This document shows, one piece after another, positions 14,586 through 27,256 of a stretch of 64,000 nucleotides of DNA. This DNA comes from Fimicolochytrium jonesii (taxonomy: Eukaryota). The stretch is taken from positions 310,001 through 374,000 of the forward strand of contig NW_026515676.1 in the NCBI RefSeq assembly GCF_025526975.1. Direction: 5' to 3'. Made by a program: the position numbers and the translations under genes. The first letter of the stretch is position 1. Each line of letters starts with the position of its first letter. The notes below the pieces were generated by a model. The model had not been told where the DNA came from. It searched no databases and saw nothing but the letters and a program-made list of their open reading frames with translations.

Positions 14586-15554
14586 ATGAAGGACTCCCTC
14601 GTCCCCTCCGTCTTCAAGAAAAGGGAGCCATCACCGTCATTCTTCGCAACGCCCCAGGGCCTCATCACGGCCCTCCTCACAACCCCCCTCCTCTACTTTG
14701 CCCTTCACCCCCGGACCTGGAAACGATACAAAACCGCCGAATACGTTACCCCAGACGTACTGCACCGGTTCAAGCCCAACGGTCCCAAACCCTCCCCATC
14801 ATCATCATCTACGCTCCCACCGGGCCAAGGCACCCTCGCCGGAAAGTGCACCTCCGTCCGGGACAACGATAACTTCCGGCTGTACCATCGACCGTTCTGG
14901 CATCGCGTGCTGAGGTTTCGTGTGCCCGCGACACAGAAGGAGTTGAAGGACGAGACGATTCATGTGCGATTGGCGGGGGTTGACGCGCCGGAGGCCGCGC
15001 ATTTCGGGCAGCAGGCTCAGCCGTACTCTGCGGAAGCTAAACAGTGGCTGGAGCAAAGGGTCATGGAGAAGACGGTGTTTGTTAGGCCGTTGAGGAGGGA
15101 TCAGTATGGGCGATTGGTATGTAGGATTGAGCCCGAGCGATGGCGAGCCCAAGCGGGTCGCGTCAGGCGATAGCCGTATTCATAATCGTTCGCATTCCAT
15201 CGCTCACACATCCCATTTACCAGGTCTCAATGGTCTGGACACGCTCCCTCTTTCCTCCCTTCCGACGCAACGTGAACGTCGACATGCTGCGAGCAGGATG
15301 GGCGGTCCTTTACACGGCTACGGGCGCAGAGTACGATGGAATGTACGAGGAGCTTAAGCAGGCGGAGTTGCATGCTAGGTGGGTGACGGGTGGGATGATT
15401 GAGATGGTTGTCCTTGCGTTTGGTCGCTTTGCTTGGCGGTGGTGCTGAATGGAAAGGTTGAATCATTTGTAGGGCGACACGGCGCGGCATGTGGGCCTCC
15501 GAGAAGCCGTTGGTCAGCCCTGGGGAGCATAAGAAAGCTGGGCGGAAGGCCTAA
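14586..15554 (+). CDS. LCL3: LCL3-like staphylococcal nuclease (SNase) family endonuclease
   Basis: FRLYHRP, VRLAGVDAPEAAHFG, RRDQYGRLV, MLRAGWAVLY, RRGMW. N-terminal hydrophobic segment. Two 3' introns. Confidence 0.9.
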
Positions 15555-16067
15555 AATGCGATAGCTTGTGGACATCTGTTTCTCTTTGGGTTCGGTTCTC
15601 TTGGTTCTCCGGCGTTCATCCCTCCAGCTGGATGCACTCGAATCGCGTTCGATCGCATGGGCGACGCCAGAATGAAACGGGAACGAAGCCCCTCAGTTTG
15701 CAGATGCGTTGGGGCCCCTTCTTTGGAAGTCAGATGCCAAGAACCCCCTGGATGCGGTTCCATGGCGGTCTCGACCCGATGCACGTTTTTTTGGCACACC
15801 ATTTCACACAATGTTCACCTTTTGGGGAACTCATCGTTCGGCAATGTGTTTTGGCATCTCGCTTTTTCTTTTTTGGAATCCCGTCTTCGAACTCGCATCA
15901 TCGCACACAATCTCTCCATGCGGTGGGAACAAGCCAACGCGAATCGCACTTCTGAAACGAACTTGCATTACGCCGCGAAACAAACACCTGCCTCCTGTGC
16001 TTCCTGTGCTTCCTGTGCGTCCATATAGAGACAAGAATCATCAACCAATCACGATCTTCATCCACCT

Positions 16068-19013
16068 CTACACCCCCAACACCTCCCTCAAAACCGCCTC
16101 AACCCTCCTAACCCCCCTCCTCACACTCGCATCAACAACAGCAACATGCGGCGCCATGATATACACCACATTCCCCAACGGCCGCGCAAACACGCCCTTG
16201 GACCGCAATGCGGAGATGAAGGTGGACGAGGTGGTGGAATTGTAACCTTTTTGGGCGGTCGAGAGCTCGAGGATGAGGACGGAGCCGAGGGAGAGGACGC
16301 CGTCGAGGCGCGGATGGTGGGAGAGGGTTGTTATGAACTGTGTGGGAAGGGGAGAGGGGAGGAGGGGTTAGCGTTTGTTAGAATTCATGCACCCATAAAC
16401 AAATAAAGTCCACGGGGTGGTCAATGAAGACACCCATGTCGCAAAAAAACTCACCTCCTCATCCCACACACCACCCCCCACCGTCTCGGGCAACACATGT
16501 CTCCCCTCCTCGCCCTGTCCATACTCCCCACCGTCGCCCTTCACCACCCCTTCTATGAACCCCTCATACTCCCCCAAAGCCTTCTCCGCAACCGCGCACC
16601 CCACCGCCGCCGCCGTATAACTATGCCCATGCAACATCGCCTCCTTCTTACTCTCCCCCAAAAAACTCTCATAAACCTCCCCCGTCACAACCGTCGCGGA
16701 AACAGGGACGATCCCCCCACTCATATTCTTGGCGTACACCGCGATATCGGGCACCTGGCCGAGGAGTTGGGCCCCGGGGGACGCGATGCCGAGACCGAGC
16801 CGGTGGAACCCGACAAAGACCTCGTCAAAGATGGTTGGGGTGGGGATGCCGTAGTGTTTGAGCGTGAGGGCTGAGACCGTAGAGAGCAGGGTGCGTTGGA
16901 AGAGGGGGTCGATGAACTGCATGCCCCCCGCGCCAAGGAGGAGGGGCTCGAGGAGGACGGAGCCGATGATGTTACCGGCTGAGAGATAGGGGGTGAGAGC
17001 GGCGGTTATGTGGTGTTCGTAGAGGGTGGCGAGGGCGGGGGAGCGGGTGGGGGCGAAGAGGGAGGTGAGGGTTGGGAAGGTTTCGGAGGTGTTGGAGGTG
17101 CCCGAGAGGGAGGGCGGGAGACGGATGGTGTAGCGCCCGTTTTTGAGGGTGATGGTTGGGGGGGTGAACCAGAGGCCGCGGGGTTTGTACCTGAAAAAAA
17201 CAATGAACGGGGGTATGAGTATGTTGTCAGTACGGTGAGCGAGGACGCGAGGGCATATTACCAGTTGATCTCCTCATTATATGTATTCGGATTCGCCGCA
17301 TCCATAGCCCCAATCGTGTCGCCGTGATACCCGCCCTCCATACCCACCACCTTCATCTCCCTCCTCCGTCCTGCCTCCCTACCCACGTCTCCCTTCCCGA
17401 CCTTCTCTAACCGCTTCTCAACAACCTTCTGCGCGGCCTTCAATGCCACCTCCACGCCCGTGGACCCATTATCCGTATAGAACACCCTCTCGCCCCACCC
17501 CTTCCCGACCGTGCGGAGGAGGGTGGACGCGAGGGCGTAGGCGGGCTCGTGGATGCATTCGGGGAAGATGACGTGGCCGTAGCGGGCGGATGTGTGTGCC
17601 GCGGTGAGGGTTAGGCTGTGCGGGGCGTGGCCGAGGGATTGGGTCCACCAAGAGGCGCAGGCGTCGTAGGCGGGTGTGATTGAGCCGGCGGTGGGGGCTT
17701 GGGAGGGTGTTTCGAGCGCGCCGCTTTGAGGAGTGTTGGGAGGTGGGGCGTCGGGTGAGGGTGTAGCAACCCCATCGTTGTCGGAAAGCGTCTTCAACGG
17801 GTTGTACAACGCAAAACTATCCCCATACGCCGAATCGATCACCGTCGTCTCCTTAACCATCCTATGCTGCGTAAACGGCCACCACACCTTTTCCTCCCCT
17901 CGTTTCGCCAAATGCTCCAACCGGTCCAACCTCTGCGAATGGTGCGCCAGTAACCCACGGACAACCTCATCCGCCACGCCAAGTCCTTCATACCACACCA
18001 TCAGATCCGTAAAGTCCCGCAACCGTTCCTCGTTCGAGAGCGCCTTGCCGTCCTTCGGCACGGGCATCGGCGGCGGGGGCGGGAAGACATGCAAGGGAAC
18101 GCCGGCATCGATCTGGCGTTGGATGGCGAGGTGGTTGTTATATCTGGGGTTATCGAAGAGGAGCACGGCGGCGATGTCGTAACCGCGGAGGAGGAGGGAC
18201 TCGTAGGAGGAGAGGGTGGTTGAGATGCCGCCGAGCTGGGCGTCGCCGATGAGGAGGGAGGGGAGGCGGAGGGGGCGGAAGGCGCTGGCTTGGGGGGTGC
18301 CGGACATGACGGGGGATGTAACGCCGCCGGCGGTTTCGAGGAGGGCGAGGGAGGGGGAGCGGAGGGTGTGTGCGTGGGTGTAGGCGGTGTTGAGGGCGGC
18401 GGTTGTCGCGTCCAGGAGTTGCAGGTCTGAAATTGGGCGGTTTTCCTACGGGGATATTCGAGATTTTTGTTATTTTTTTTGGTTCCTGACGGAAGGGCGG
18501 ATGGCGACTGCATGTGCATACACGTTCGGCGCAGAGATGCGGCCCCGCCGGCTCCCTGTACGTGAACAGAGTGGTCGCATGCACATCAGGGCAGAACTGC
18601 TTTACATGTCTGTCGAAACCAGAAGAACGACATTGGTAACCGCACATCTTTCGCTGCCAAGCAATCCGGCATGAAACGGAGTTCATTAACAACTCCTGCA
18701 ATACCCATCCCTCACCTGGCATCCGAATCCTCCGGGTATCCCGTCTGCACGGGTTTGATATAGAACACCTCGCGTTTGCGGTTTCCACACAACGTTGCCT
18801 TCCAAAGAAACGAAAACCAATTATTAGACTCTGTTAGAGAAATCCAACACTCTTAAAGGACAGTCCACACACCTCAAAGTCCGCTCTAGGAGCCTTCACA
18901 GCAGCACGACATATTGCAGCAGAGAGGAGGGTCTTCCCTACGCCAGTGTTTGCCGAGTAGATCTGGAAGGTGGGCAGGAGGGCACGGAAGGATGCTGGAC
19001 CGTGGGCGGACAT
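16068..19013 (-). CDS. bioDA: Bifunctional dethiobiotin synthetase / DAPA aminotransferase (BioDA, Bio3-Bio1 fusion), multi-exon
   Basis: YSANTGVGKT P-loop, KPVQTG, ETAGGV, LGGISTT, WWPFTQH, ASWWTQ, DNGSTGVEVALK, YHGDTIGAMD, IFDEVFVG, LHGHSYTA, RPLGNVVY. Confidence 0.95.
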
Positions 19014-19404
19014 TGCGGCGGGTGACTTTGGGAGAGAGAGGAGAGCAAGGCGCAAGCCTCGAGCAGGGAGCTATGTATGTACCTCCTTTTTGTGGACAGG
19101 GGTTTTGAAGGGGGCGGCAAGGGAGGAAAGGGGGGGTTGAAGGGGGGGTCTGTCTGGTGGATGTCACACTCGGCAAGTCACACGCGCTCCATTGCAATCG
19201 GACACAAGGCGGGAGGTGTTCCGTTTTTCCTTCAGCTCTCATCCGCCCGTCGGAGTTTCCTGCGTTTTTCGACTCGCTCAGGCAGCAGCAGGGCAAGTGG
19301 TCTCTTCTGAAGGTTGGCGCTGGTCGTTCCCCGAATACAGACAGTTTTGTGTTGCCCGCCAAGGATCACTCACCTTGGGGAGTGTGCAAACGGCCGTCGA
19401 CCAA

Positions 19405-21831
19405 ATGTACCCTTTCGAGTGGCTCTTCTCCTCGTTTACCTCCTCCGAACAATCAGAAGCACCAGAACCCACTCCTCCCACCCCACAACCACCCGCCCAA
19501 TCCCTCCTCCGAACCTCCTTCCTCGCCACCCACAGCGCCTCCTACAACTCCACCATCGAACACCTCCTCCCCACGGAATACCCCCATCTCCACTCTCACA
19601 CCTATCTCGACCACGCCGGCGCCACCCCCTACCCCTCCTCCATCCTCACCCAGCACACCCGCGACCTCCTCTCCTTCCCCTTCAGCAACCCGCACTCCGC
19701 CGGCAGCCCCTCAGCGTCCGCGACACAAGAACGCATCACTGCCGTCCGTGGGCAGGTGTTGCGGTATTTGAACGCGGATCCGGAGGAGTATGCGGTGGTG
19801 TTTACGAAGGGCGCGACGGACGCCGCGAGGATTGTTGGGGAGGGGGTGGATTGGGGAGGTGCGGGAGGGGAGTTTTGGTATTTGAGGGAGAGTCATACGA
19901 GTGTGGTGGGGATTCGGAGCGTGGTGGAGGATAGGGGTGGGCAAGGGAGGGCGAGGGTTATCACTGCAGAGAGTATCGATGCGTTCTTAAACGCCCCCAA
20001 TGGACTGAGTGAGGGGGACGAGCACCGCCGCTTGGATACCACTCAATACAACCTCCTCGCCTTCCCCGCCCAATGCAACGCCACAGGCACCCGGTACCCC
20101 CTCAACTGGGTCACCAAGTTCCGCCGCCGTCGCCACAACACCAACACCCTCCCCTTCCTAACCCTCCTCGACGCGGCCTCCTACCTCTCCACCTCCTCCC
20201 TTGACCTCACAGCGCACCCAGCCGACTTCACCATCCTCTCCTTCTACAAAATCTTTGGCTTCCCAACCGGTCTCGGCGCGCTCATCATCCGGCGATCCGT
20301 CGCTCACCTGCTAAACAAATCTTATTTCGGCGGCGGGACGGTAAGCGCCATCAGCGTATCGGACGATCCACATTCCGCTTCCTGGCACGAACCGAAACAG
20401 GATGTGGCAGCCCGTTTCGAAGACGGCACCCTCCCTTTCCTCCAAATCCTCGCCCTCGCTCACGGTTTCACTTTCATCGAATCCACACTCGGCGGGATTA
20501 CCCGCATCGGCACACACGCCCTCTGCCTCCGCGACTTCACACGCACCCACATGTCCCAACTCACACACCCACATACCACCACACCCTTGTGCGTCATCTA
20601 CGAGTCCCCACCTACCCTGGGCAGGTCCCAGGGCCCCATCCTCTGCTTCAACCTCCTCACACCCACCGGCGCACCCATCAGCCCGACCTCCGTGCTACGA
20701 CTCGCGGCCGTGCAAGGGATACATTTACGCGCCGGGTGTTTTTGTAACCCGGGAGCGTGTCAGCAGCATCTTTGCCTGACTCCCGCGGATGTACGGAGGA
20801 ATCATGAGCTGCATGGGGTCGTGTGTGGAGGCGAGTACGATATCGTTGATGGAACATTCACTGGGTGTTTGCGGATTTCGTTCGGTGCTTGTTCGAGTTT
20901 TGGGGATGTTGAGAATTGGATACAGTTCCTCACCACCTACTACCTCTCCACACCGCCGACACCCTCACCCACCACGCCGCCGTCGTTGAAAATAACAATA
21001 ACCTCCCTCCACCTCTACCCCATCAAATCCTGCGCCCCCTTCTCCCCGCCCTCCTGGCCCTTAACCCCAACAGGTCTCCACCTCGACCGCGCCTTCGCCC
21101 TCGTCGACGCACACAACACCCCCTTGACACTCAAACGATTCCCCGCGATGGCGAATATCCGCATCTTGGATATCGACCTAGTGAAGGGTGTTATGACTGT
21201 CAACGCCGGCGAGGAGCGGGGGGTGGAGATTGCGTTGTGCGAGAGTGGAGAGAGGACGGGAGAGGTGGGGGTTTGTACGCGGCGGGTTGGGGGGATCATG
21301 CAAGGCAAGGGGGATGTGGATGGGTATTTCTCAACGTTTTTGGGGGTGGAGTGTCGGCTTATGAGGTCTTCCAGTATATCACCGCCACAACGATCCGAGT
21401 CGGCGACGACACAACACCAAAAATCGTTCGCAAACACCTCGCCCTTGCTCATTACCACCCGCGCCTCCTTCGACACCCTACACGCCCAACTCCCCGCTGC
21501 CGTACGGGCAAAGGGGTCGGTGACACCCGCGGCGATGCGGGCGAATATCATCCTCAGCGGCGTCGCGGCATGGGGCGAAGACGCCTTCCTCAACAAAACA
21601 TTACACATCACGAATCCGAATCAGCACAAGGTGGAAATTGGGGTTACGGCCCACTGCACGCGCTGCGCGATTGTGAATGTGGATAATGAGGGCGCCGTGG
21701 GGAGGGAGCCGTATAGCACATTGGGGAGGGTGAGGAGGATAGAGGGTTTTGGGGTCTGTTTTGGGGTGTTGGGTGGGGTTAGAGCGGGTGGGTTTCTACG
21801 GGTGGGGGATGTGGTGGAGGTCGGGGAGTAG
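19405..21831 (+). CDS. hxB: Molybdenum cofactor sulfurase (HxB/MOCOS/ABA3): NifS-like plus MOSC domains, intronless
   Basis: YLDHAGAT, NPHS, LLDAAS, SFYKIFGFPTGLGAL, FEDGT, LRAGCFCNPGAC, LYPIKSC, DRAF, FAN, RANI, CTRC. Confidence 0.95.
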   Translation: MYPFEWLFSSFTSSEQSEAPEPTPPTPQPPAQSLLRTSFLATHSASYNSTIEHLLPTEYPHLHSHTYLDHAGATPYPSSILTQHTRDLLSFPFSNPHSAGSPSASATQERITAVRGQVLRYLNADPEEYAVVFTKGATDAARIVGEGVDWGGAGGEFWYLRESHTSVVGIRSVVEDRGGQGRARVITAESIDAFLNAPNGLSEGDEHRRLDTTQYNLLAFPAQCNATGTRYPLNWVTKFRRRRHNTNTLPFLTLLDAASYLSTSSLDLTAHPADFTILSFYKIFGFPTGLGALIIRRSVAHLLNKSYFGGGTVSAISVSDDPHSASWHEPKQDVAARFEDGTLPFLQILALAHGFTFIESTLGGITRIGTHALCLRDFTRTHMSQLTHPHTTTPLCVIYESPPTLGRSQGPILCFNLLTPTGAPISPTSVLRLAAVQGIHLRAGCFCNPGACQQHLCLTPADVRRNHELHGVVCGGEYDIVDGTFTGCLRISFGACSSFGDVENWIQFLTTYYLSTPPTPSPTTPPSLKITITSLHLYPIKSCAPFSPPSWPLTPTGLHLDRAFALVDAHNTPLTLKRFPAMANIRILDIDLVKGVMTVNAGEERGVEIALCESGERTGEVGVCTRRVGGIMQGKGDVDGYFSTFLGVECRLMRSSSISPPQRSESATTQHQKSFANTSPLLITTRASFDTLHAQLPAAVRAKGSVTPAAMRANIILSGVAAWGEDAFLNKTLHITNPNQHKVEIGVTAHCTRCAIVNVDNEGAVGREPYSTLGRVRRIEGFGVCFGVLGGVRAGGFLRVGDVVEVGE

Positions 21832-22333
21832 GCCAATGGGTGTAGAGTAGAGTTCTTTGAAAGATATGTAGATTTTTGGATGTGTGTTGCATTTTTGGGC
21901 GGAGATACGCCGAGATGGGTGACTTGCGACTTGTCGACCGTAGTGCAAGGAGCGTGGGGTGGACTTGCGGCACTTACTGTAGGTAATTCAAGAGGGAAGT
22001 TGTCTGGTAGTAGGGGTCCGCCACGTAAGGAATATGAGATTAGTTGTGTCCCGGAAAATCTCACCTGTTGCTTCGCCTTCGAGATGCCCGAATCCTCAAG
22101 AGGGGGACGCAGCACCAGCGTCTCTCAACCTCACTCAGGCTGGCAAGTCAACCCACCTGCAGACGGTCTCCATGATCTCGGCGGTGTGTCAGAACCCAAT
22201 CTATCTATGGCTGACCTTCTGTTGGAAGACAGCAACTCTCCCCACAACAAACATCGGGCCCCTACGCGGATGTCGATGTGGTCGACTCAAAGTAGCTTTT
22301 ATTCATTCAAGTGATATCATGCGACAAGTTCAC

Positions 22334-23186
22334 TCAGAGGCATCCAACCCCCCTTCACAGTCGCTTTCGGCCGTCCCCCAACGCGACAGTGTCTACAAAG
22401 AAAACATTAACGTTAACATCCATCTCTCCCACATAAACAACATCACCCCAGTACTCACCCAACAACCCACTCCCTCTCCTCCTCCTCCGGCACCCTCATC
22501 ACCTCCCCCCCATAACCCCTAATCACCTCATCCTTCGGATCGTAATACCCATCGCCCACATCAAACGTATCAGCAGGAATCTCCCGCGGCCCATTCACGT
22601 CGTTGCTCAGCTGCGGCTCGCCGGGGAGGAACCCGTTCACGCGCTCGGAGTAGAAACGGCGGTCGGGGGGCGTGCAGTAGTCCCAGGTGGTGGGGGTGTA
22701 GGTTAGGCCGTCGTGGAATGTGTAGGTGCCCTAGTGGGAGAGGGGATGTACGTTGTGAGAGTGGTGGATGGATTAACGGGATCCAGGGGCACGGATGTAC
22801 CTCGACCGCGCGCCCGTTGTCCCAGGATGCGTCGTATTTGCCGCCGTGCGTGAAATGGATGGTGCCTGTTCCGTGAAACCTGCATCACGAGGCGACAGGG
22901 AGATATATCCAATAGCCGTCAGACACTCCCACATCTTGAAAGTACTGCAACCCGCATCCACAAGCCCCAACTTTCCGGCTTGGTTGTACCTACTGGCCGT
23001 CTTTGAACTCCCCAATGTAAACATTCCCATCCGGAAACGTGTACTTCCCCCGTCCTTCTATCCTAAAGCGGCAAAACAGCATGTGAGTATTCAAAGCCGG
23101 TGGGATAAGGCATGCAGAAACCCAGGCGTCCATCTTTACCTTTCATTGACGACTTCAGCCTCAAAAGGCGAGCCTGCAAATGCCAT
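22334..23186 (-). CDS. MORN5: MORN repeat-containing protein 5, multi-exon
   Basis: Spliced product MAFAGSPF...EGRGKYTFPDGNVYIGEFKDG...FHGTGTIHF...GTYTFHDGL...WDYC..DRRFYSE...DVGDGYYDP...EWVVGHCRVG is collinear with MORN5. Confidence 0.9.
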
Positions 23187-23968
23187 GTCCGCAAGATGTG
23201 CTAGCCAGAGGATATGGATCGACGTCGGTTAAGTATTCACGCTGCGATGAGGGGTATCTGTCCGAAAAAGAGTCTCCCACACTCTGCGCAGACGCCGCTT
23301 AAGGTTATTTTGAACGCGACGGCGGTGTGTCTGGGACGAACTTTTACAGAGAAAGAGAACTTTGGCAGATTCGAGAAACCCCACGTGGTGATCCGTTACA
23401 TGATATCTGCATGAAATGCAGACGGAGTCCATCCAACAGTCAAGAGAGGTTTGGCACTGAGGCTACGCTCCAAATGGACGAGCCGTGACCCCCTTTCCCA
23501 GATGCCGTTTCTCAAAGTGGGGCGTTGGAAGAGACATTCTTGCGTAGTTTCTCTCTGTTCTGCCTAACCTACTCATAACCTATGACATCAATCCTGATAC
23601 CCATCTCCAAGCGCATTGCATTAATAGGACTGCGGGCGTCGCTCAAATCATTGCATGTAGTTAAAGCTCCCTGTTGCCGCCAATTGACAGCGCCTTCGGA
23701 GACGGGAAGACGGGAGCTGCTGACATAAGAGAGTGTGAGTCACCGATGCCGTCAGTCGCCCTGCCCTCGTCGCCGCCCTTCTTTTTTCACACTCCAAACC
23801 AACTTCTTGCTGAAAAGAAAGGTCATCCGTCGCACAGGCTGCCTGAGCGAACCTCGGTCACATCTCCTCCCCAGCTACTCAGCCCGCACTCGCCCTCGTG
23901 GGATTCCGGAAAAGACCTCTCCATTGCGCAGACACTCCCGACTCCCATCACTATCACTCCTCCACAAA

Positions 23969-24542
23969 ATGACAACCGCTGAGGTACACTGACATCCAGC
24001 ATAACTGGGCCCCTAGATGTTAACCCTCTCCTTGCATCGCACAGTCCCAAGACCCCACAACATCCCCCACCCAAGACTCATCCGCCCTGTCCGCTCTCGC
24101 CTCCCTAGCCCAATCAGTCGCGGACCAGACGGGGCTGTTGGTGCTTGACTTGCAGAATGGGAATACTCTCGCTGTAAGGCTTTCAGTCATACAAAGGGCC
24201 TCCACCGGGTCTGCGCTACGGTTATACTGATGAAGTTTGTGTTTCTCCAGGCATCCGGCGACCTAGCCGACGACCCACCCACCGCCAAAGACATCTTCAC
24301 GATCGTCCGGGACGCTATCGCCTTGAGCAAAACGGGCGCGCAAACCGCTGCGGAGAACGACGAGGACGGAGGGTCGGAATTTGTGCGCGTTACTGGTGAG
24401 ATAGATTGTGGGTGTTATCTTGTGGTGTATGGGGTGTGGGTGACTCATTCCTTTTTTTTGGGTAGTGGGCTTGGGAGGGCAGGAGCTTGTTGTTACGGCT
24501 GATGAGCGGTTTGTGTATGCTGTTAAGAAGAGTAGGGGGTGA
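23969..24542 (+). CDS. LAMTOR4: Ragulator complex subunit LAMTOR4-like roadblock protein, 4 exons
   Basis: Spliced VADQTGLLVLDLQNGNTLA|ASGDLADD...FVRVT|VGLGGQELVVTADERFVYAVKK resembles LAMTOR4 (IPDQLGYLVL..ASSGDLEND..FKRLSVVFG..LLVT..VFVVKR). Confidence 0.8.
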
Positions 24543-25349
24543 ATTAGGGGTCGGTGGGTGAGGAAGGGATTGCCGGCGTCAATATGGCCGTGGACGTGAG
24601 GATCACTGTGCATGCGATTATAGGTGCGGAGGGAGATTTGTCGGCATGCGACGTGGTGCCGGTGCCAAACTCAAAGGTGTGAACCAACCCACCCAGAGAT
24701 GGACTGAAAGGAAAGACCGGCAAGACCCCCACGGCAGCCGTGGTCGTCGTTCCGGTCTGAATTCATGAACGCAATCCCGAAACGAAGCGTTTGTGCGGCT
24801 CACACAGCGCAATGCGAGTCGCAAAAGCGAAAACGAAACCTGGGGGAAAGGAGAAAAAACGCATTCATTTTTCTCCCTTTTGTGCCGTGCCTACTTGGGA
24901 TTGCGCGTCAAACCGCAGAAATGTGGCAGTCTCCGCGAACGTGGCTTTGCTACGGAATGCAGGCGTCGAAGAATATCAAGAGAGATTTCCGACGGGGAAT
25001 TGCAGCAACCGGAACGACGGAGCGGGCGTTTGTCTGCGCGGAGTTCCATATAGCGTCAACAATGCAAAACGGAGGGTGGGCGCTTGGGAAGAGCTGGGTT
25101 TTAATGTAGAGTTTTCTGAGAGTCTGTGGTTTGTTATTGTGGGTGGGCATATAGCCTTGACTAAATGCGATTTCTTTACGGAAAGCATGGATGCAAGTCG
25201 TGCTCCTGCGTATGGCGGGGATGAATCGCTATTTCTTGTTACTTCTTGTACAGACAGGATGGGTCGCTGATGCAAGGTAATGCCAGGAAGATCAATGTGC
25301 ATTCGCTACCAAAGAAGAAGAATACAAGTACATACGCCTAAACGACAGG

Positions 25350-27200
25350 TGGGCGGGGGCTTGTGAGTATCTCTTTCGTTTGCCCACGCCCGGCTTGCAG
25401 CGCTTCTGCGATTGCCCTCTTCTCCTTATCGAGAGCGTCCTCGGCTTTTTTGACCTCTTCATCGATGAAAGCCCGCTCTTCCTCATGGGACTACCAAAAT
25501 GTATGCGTCGTCCTGCTCATCGTCACCCGCCCTGATCACCTTCCAATGGAAGTGCCCATACCCTGTGTCATGTGTCCATTGCCAAGATAGAGCTCTGTCA
25601 CAGGTATCGCAAACAGTTGTGTATCATGTGTGTGGGCGCCCCTTTTTATAGTAAAGATCGAACCGTGGAGCAGAGACAACTGTCAACCCTTCCATATCTG
25701 AGTCCTCCAGCATCCTCTTGTAGGCAGGAATCTGAGTAATGGAACCCTTGTTCCACTCAAGCTTGCGCTCACTCGGGGTCCCCGCCCACTTGAGCAATTT
25801 GGCAAGCCGTTGCTCGATTTGTTCCCGCCTTCCTTTTAGCCGACCGGATTCTGCGGTCATCGGAATGGGATTCCCAACTGCTGCAGCGTTTCGCTCGAGC
25901 TGACGGATCGATTCCATTGCGTTGTCCAATACTTGAGCATACTTCCGCAGCGACTGTTCTTGTTCCTGGGTTGGCAAAAGAGAGAACGCATTACAGATGT
26001 GCAATTGTCACCACCCACCACCCTTGCGAGTTTGCAAGATATCTTATGTGAGAGGGCACTCTACACTCACCGGCAACATCTCCTGGTTTGCGTGATTGAC
26101 GATCCTGTCGTTTTCTAGGATGGCTGCCGCGTGGGCAGCTCGCAGTTCATGTTCCAATACTTTGGATACTTCGATACTGCTCTTTTCCGTTGAACGCACA
26201 GCATCTAAAGCAGATGGTATATCAGAAGCTACAGTTTGGTTGAGGTTGACAAGAGATAGATCTCGCACTTACCAACCAATGGGCCACCTCTGGGGACTCC
26301 TGCATTTTCTTCGCCAAGGTCAACGTCGTCCTCATCTTCGCCGAGTGTAGATGCTCGGACCACCTGATCTTCCGATGGCTCATTGCTCTCCGGCTTCGGG
26401 ATATCAGGGTAACGATCGCGAAGGTGCAGGTATCTGGGAGCGCAAAAGATGTTACTCGTAAGCACACAACAGCGACTCCAAACCCCGTAGACCACCGGAC
26501 TTACAAGATTTCGAGTTGTGCGGTCTGCCGGTAGACGTTCGCAGGTGCGACGATAACCCCGGCCAAGGACACCATCAAAAAGGCATAGTAACTGCCCTTC
26601 CGCCGCATAGTCTCAAAGAGCCTTGATGATATCGCGTGTGGCCTGATCGATTTTCACTTCATCATCCGAGGAGATGGAGGGCGTGACGGGATTGATACCC
26701 CCTGTGGCAGATGGTGTTGTGGGAGACTTCGCCAATGCCCGGTATGATGCGCAAGCTCGCGAGGAGGCAATGTCTCATATTGGGGAATGTAATCCACCCT
26801 TGACACCTCTGACGGAAGCGGCTGAAACGCAGATCCAGACTATTGAGGACGGCCGCGCGGTTGATGAGGGGCCCAGCGAGATCGTAACATCGGTCTTCCT
26901 CTCCCGACGCCCCATATCGCCATCTTCTTTCTCTGATTCCACCCCGAGCTGGGATAGACATGCCCTCTTCGGTGTTCACACATGTCCGACACATCACACT
27001 CTGGGACGATAACGTGATGGGTCGGACATATGTGAACTTCCGCACATAGATATCCAATAAATCCTCAACGTGTCGGAGGAGGGGGTATTTCCCAATGCTG
27101 TGCAGGCGGCGAACTGGAATAAGACGATCAATGTCGCTTGGTCTTGAATGGTTTTGATCAAGTTCGCCATTGGAAGATAGCCTCCCCCGTCAGGGTGTTG
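25350..27200 (-). pseudogene. Decayed multi-exon gene of unknown family (paralog of 28.9-30.7 kb fragments)
   Basis: Spliceable coding-like pieces (VVRASTLGEDEDDVDLG; EVSKVLEHEL...LENDRIVN; TGYGHF) interrupted by stops and frameshifts. Confidence 0.5.
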
Positions 27201-27256
27201 AAAGTAAGCCCCTTTTGTCGTTCAAATTGACCAAAACGGGAAGCAAGCGAGGATGA

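Noticed and set aside
15600..15970. Possible MITE between LCL3 and bioDA
   Set aside because: No TIR/TSD and no second copy in the window.
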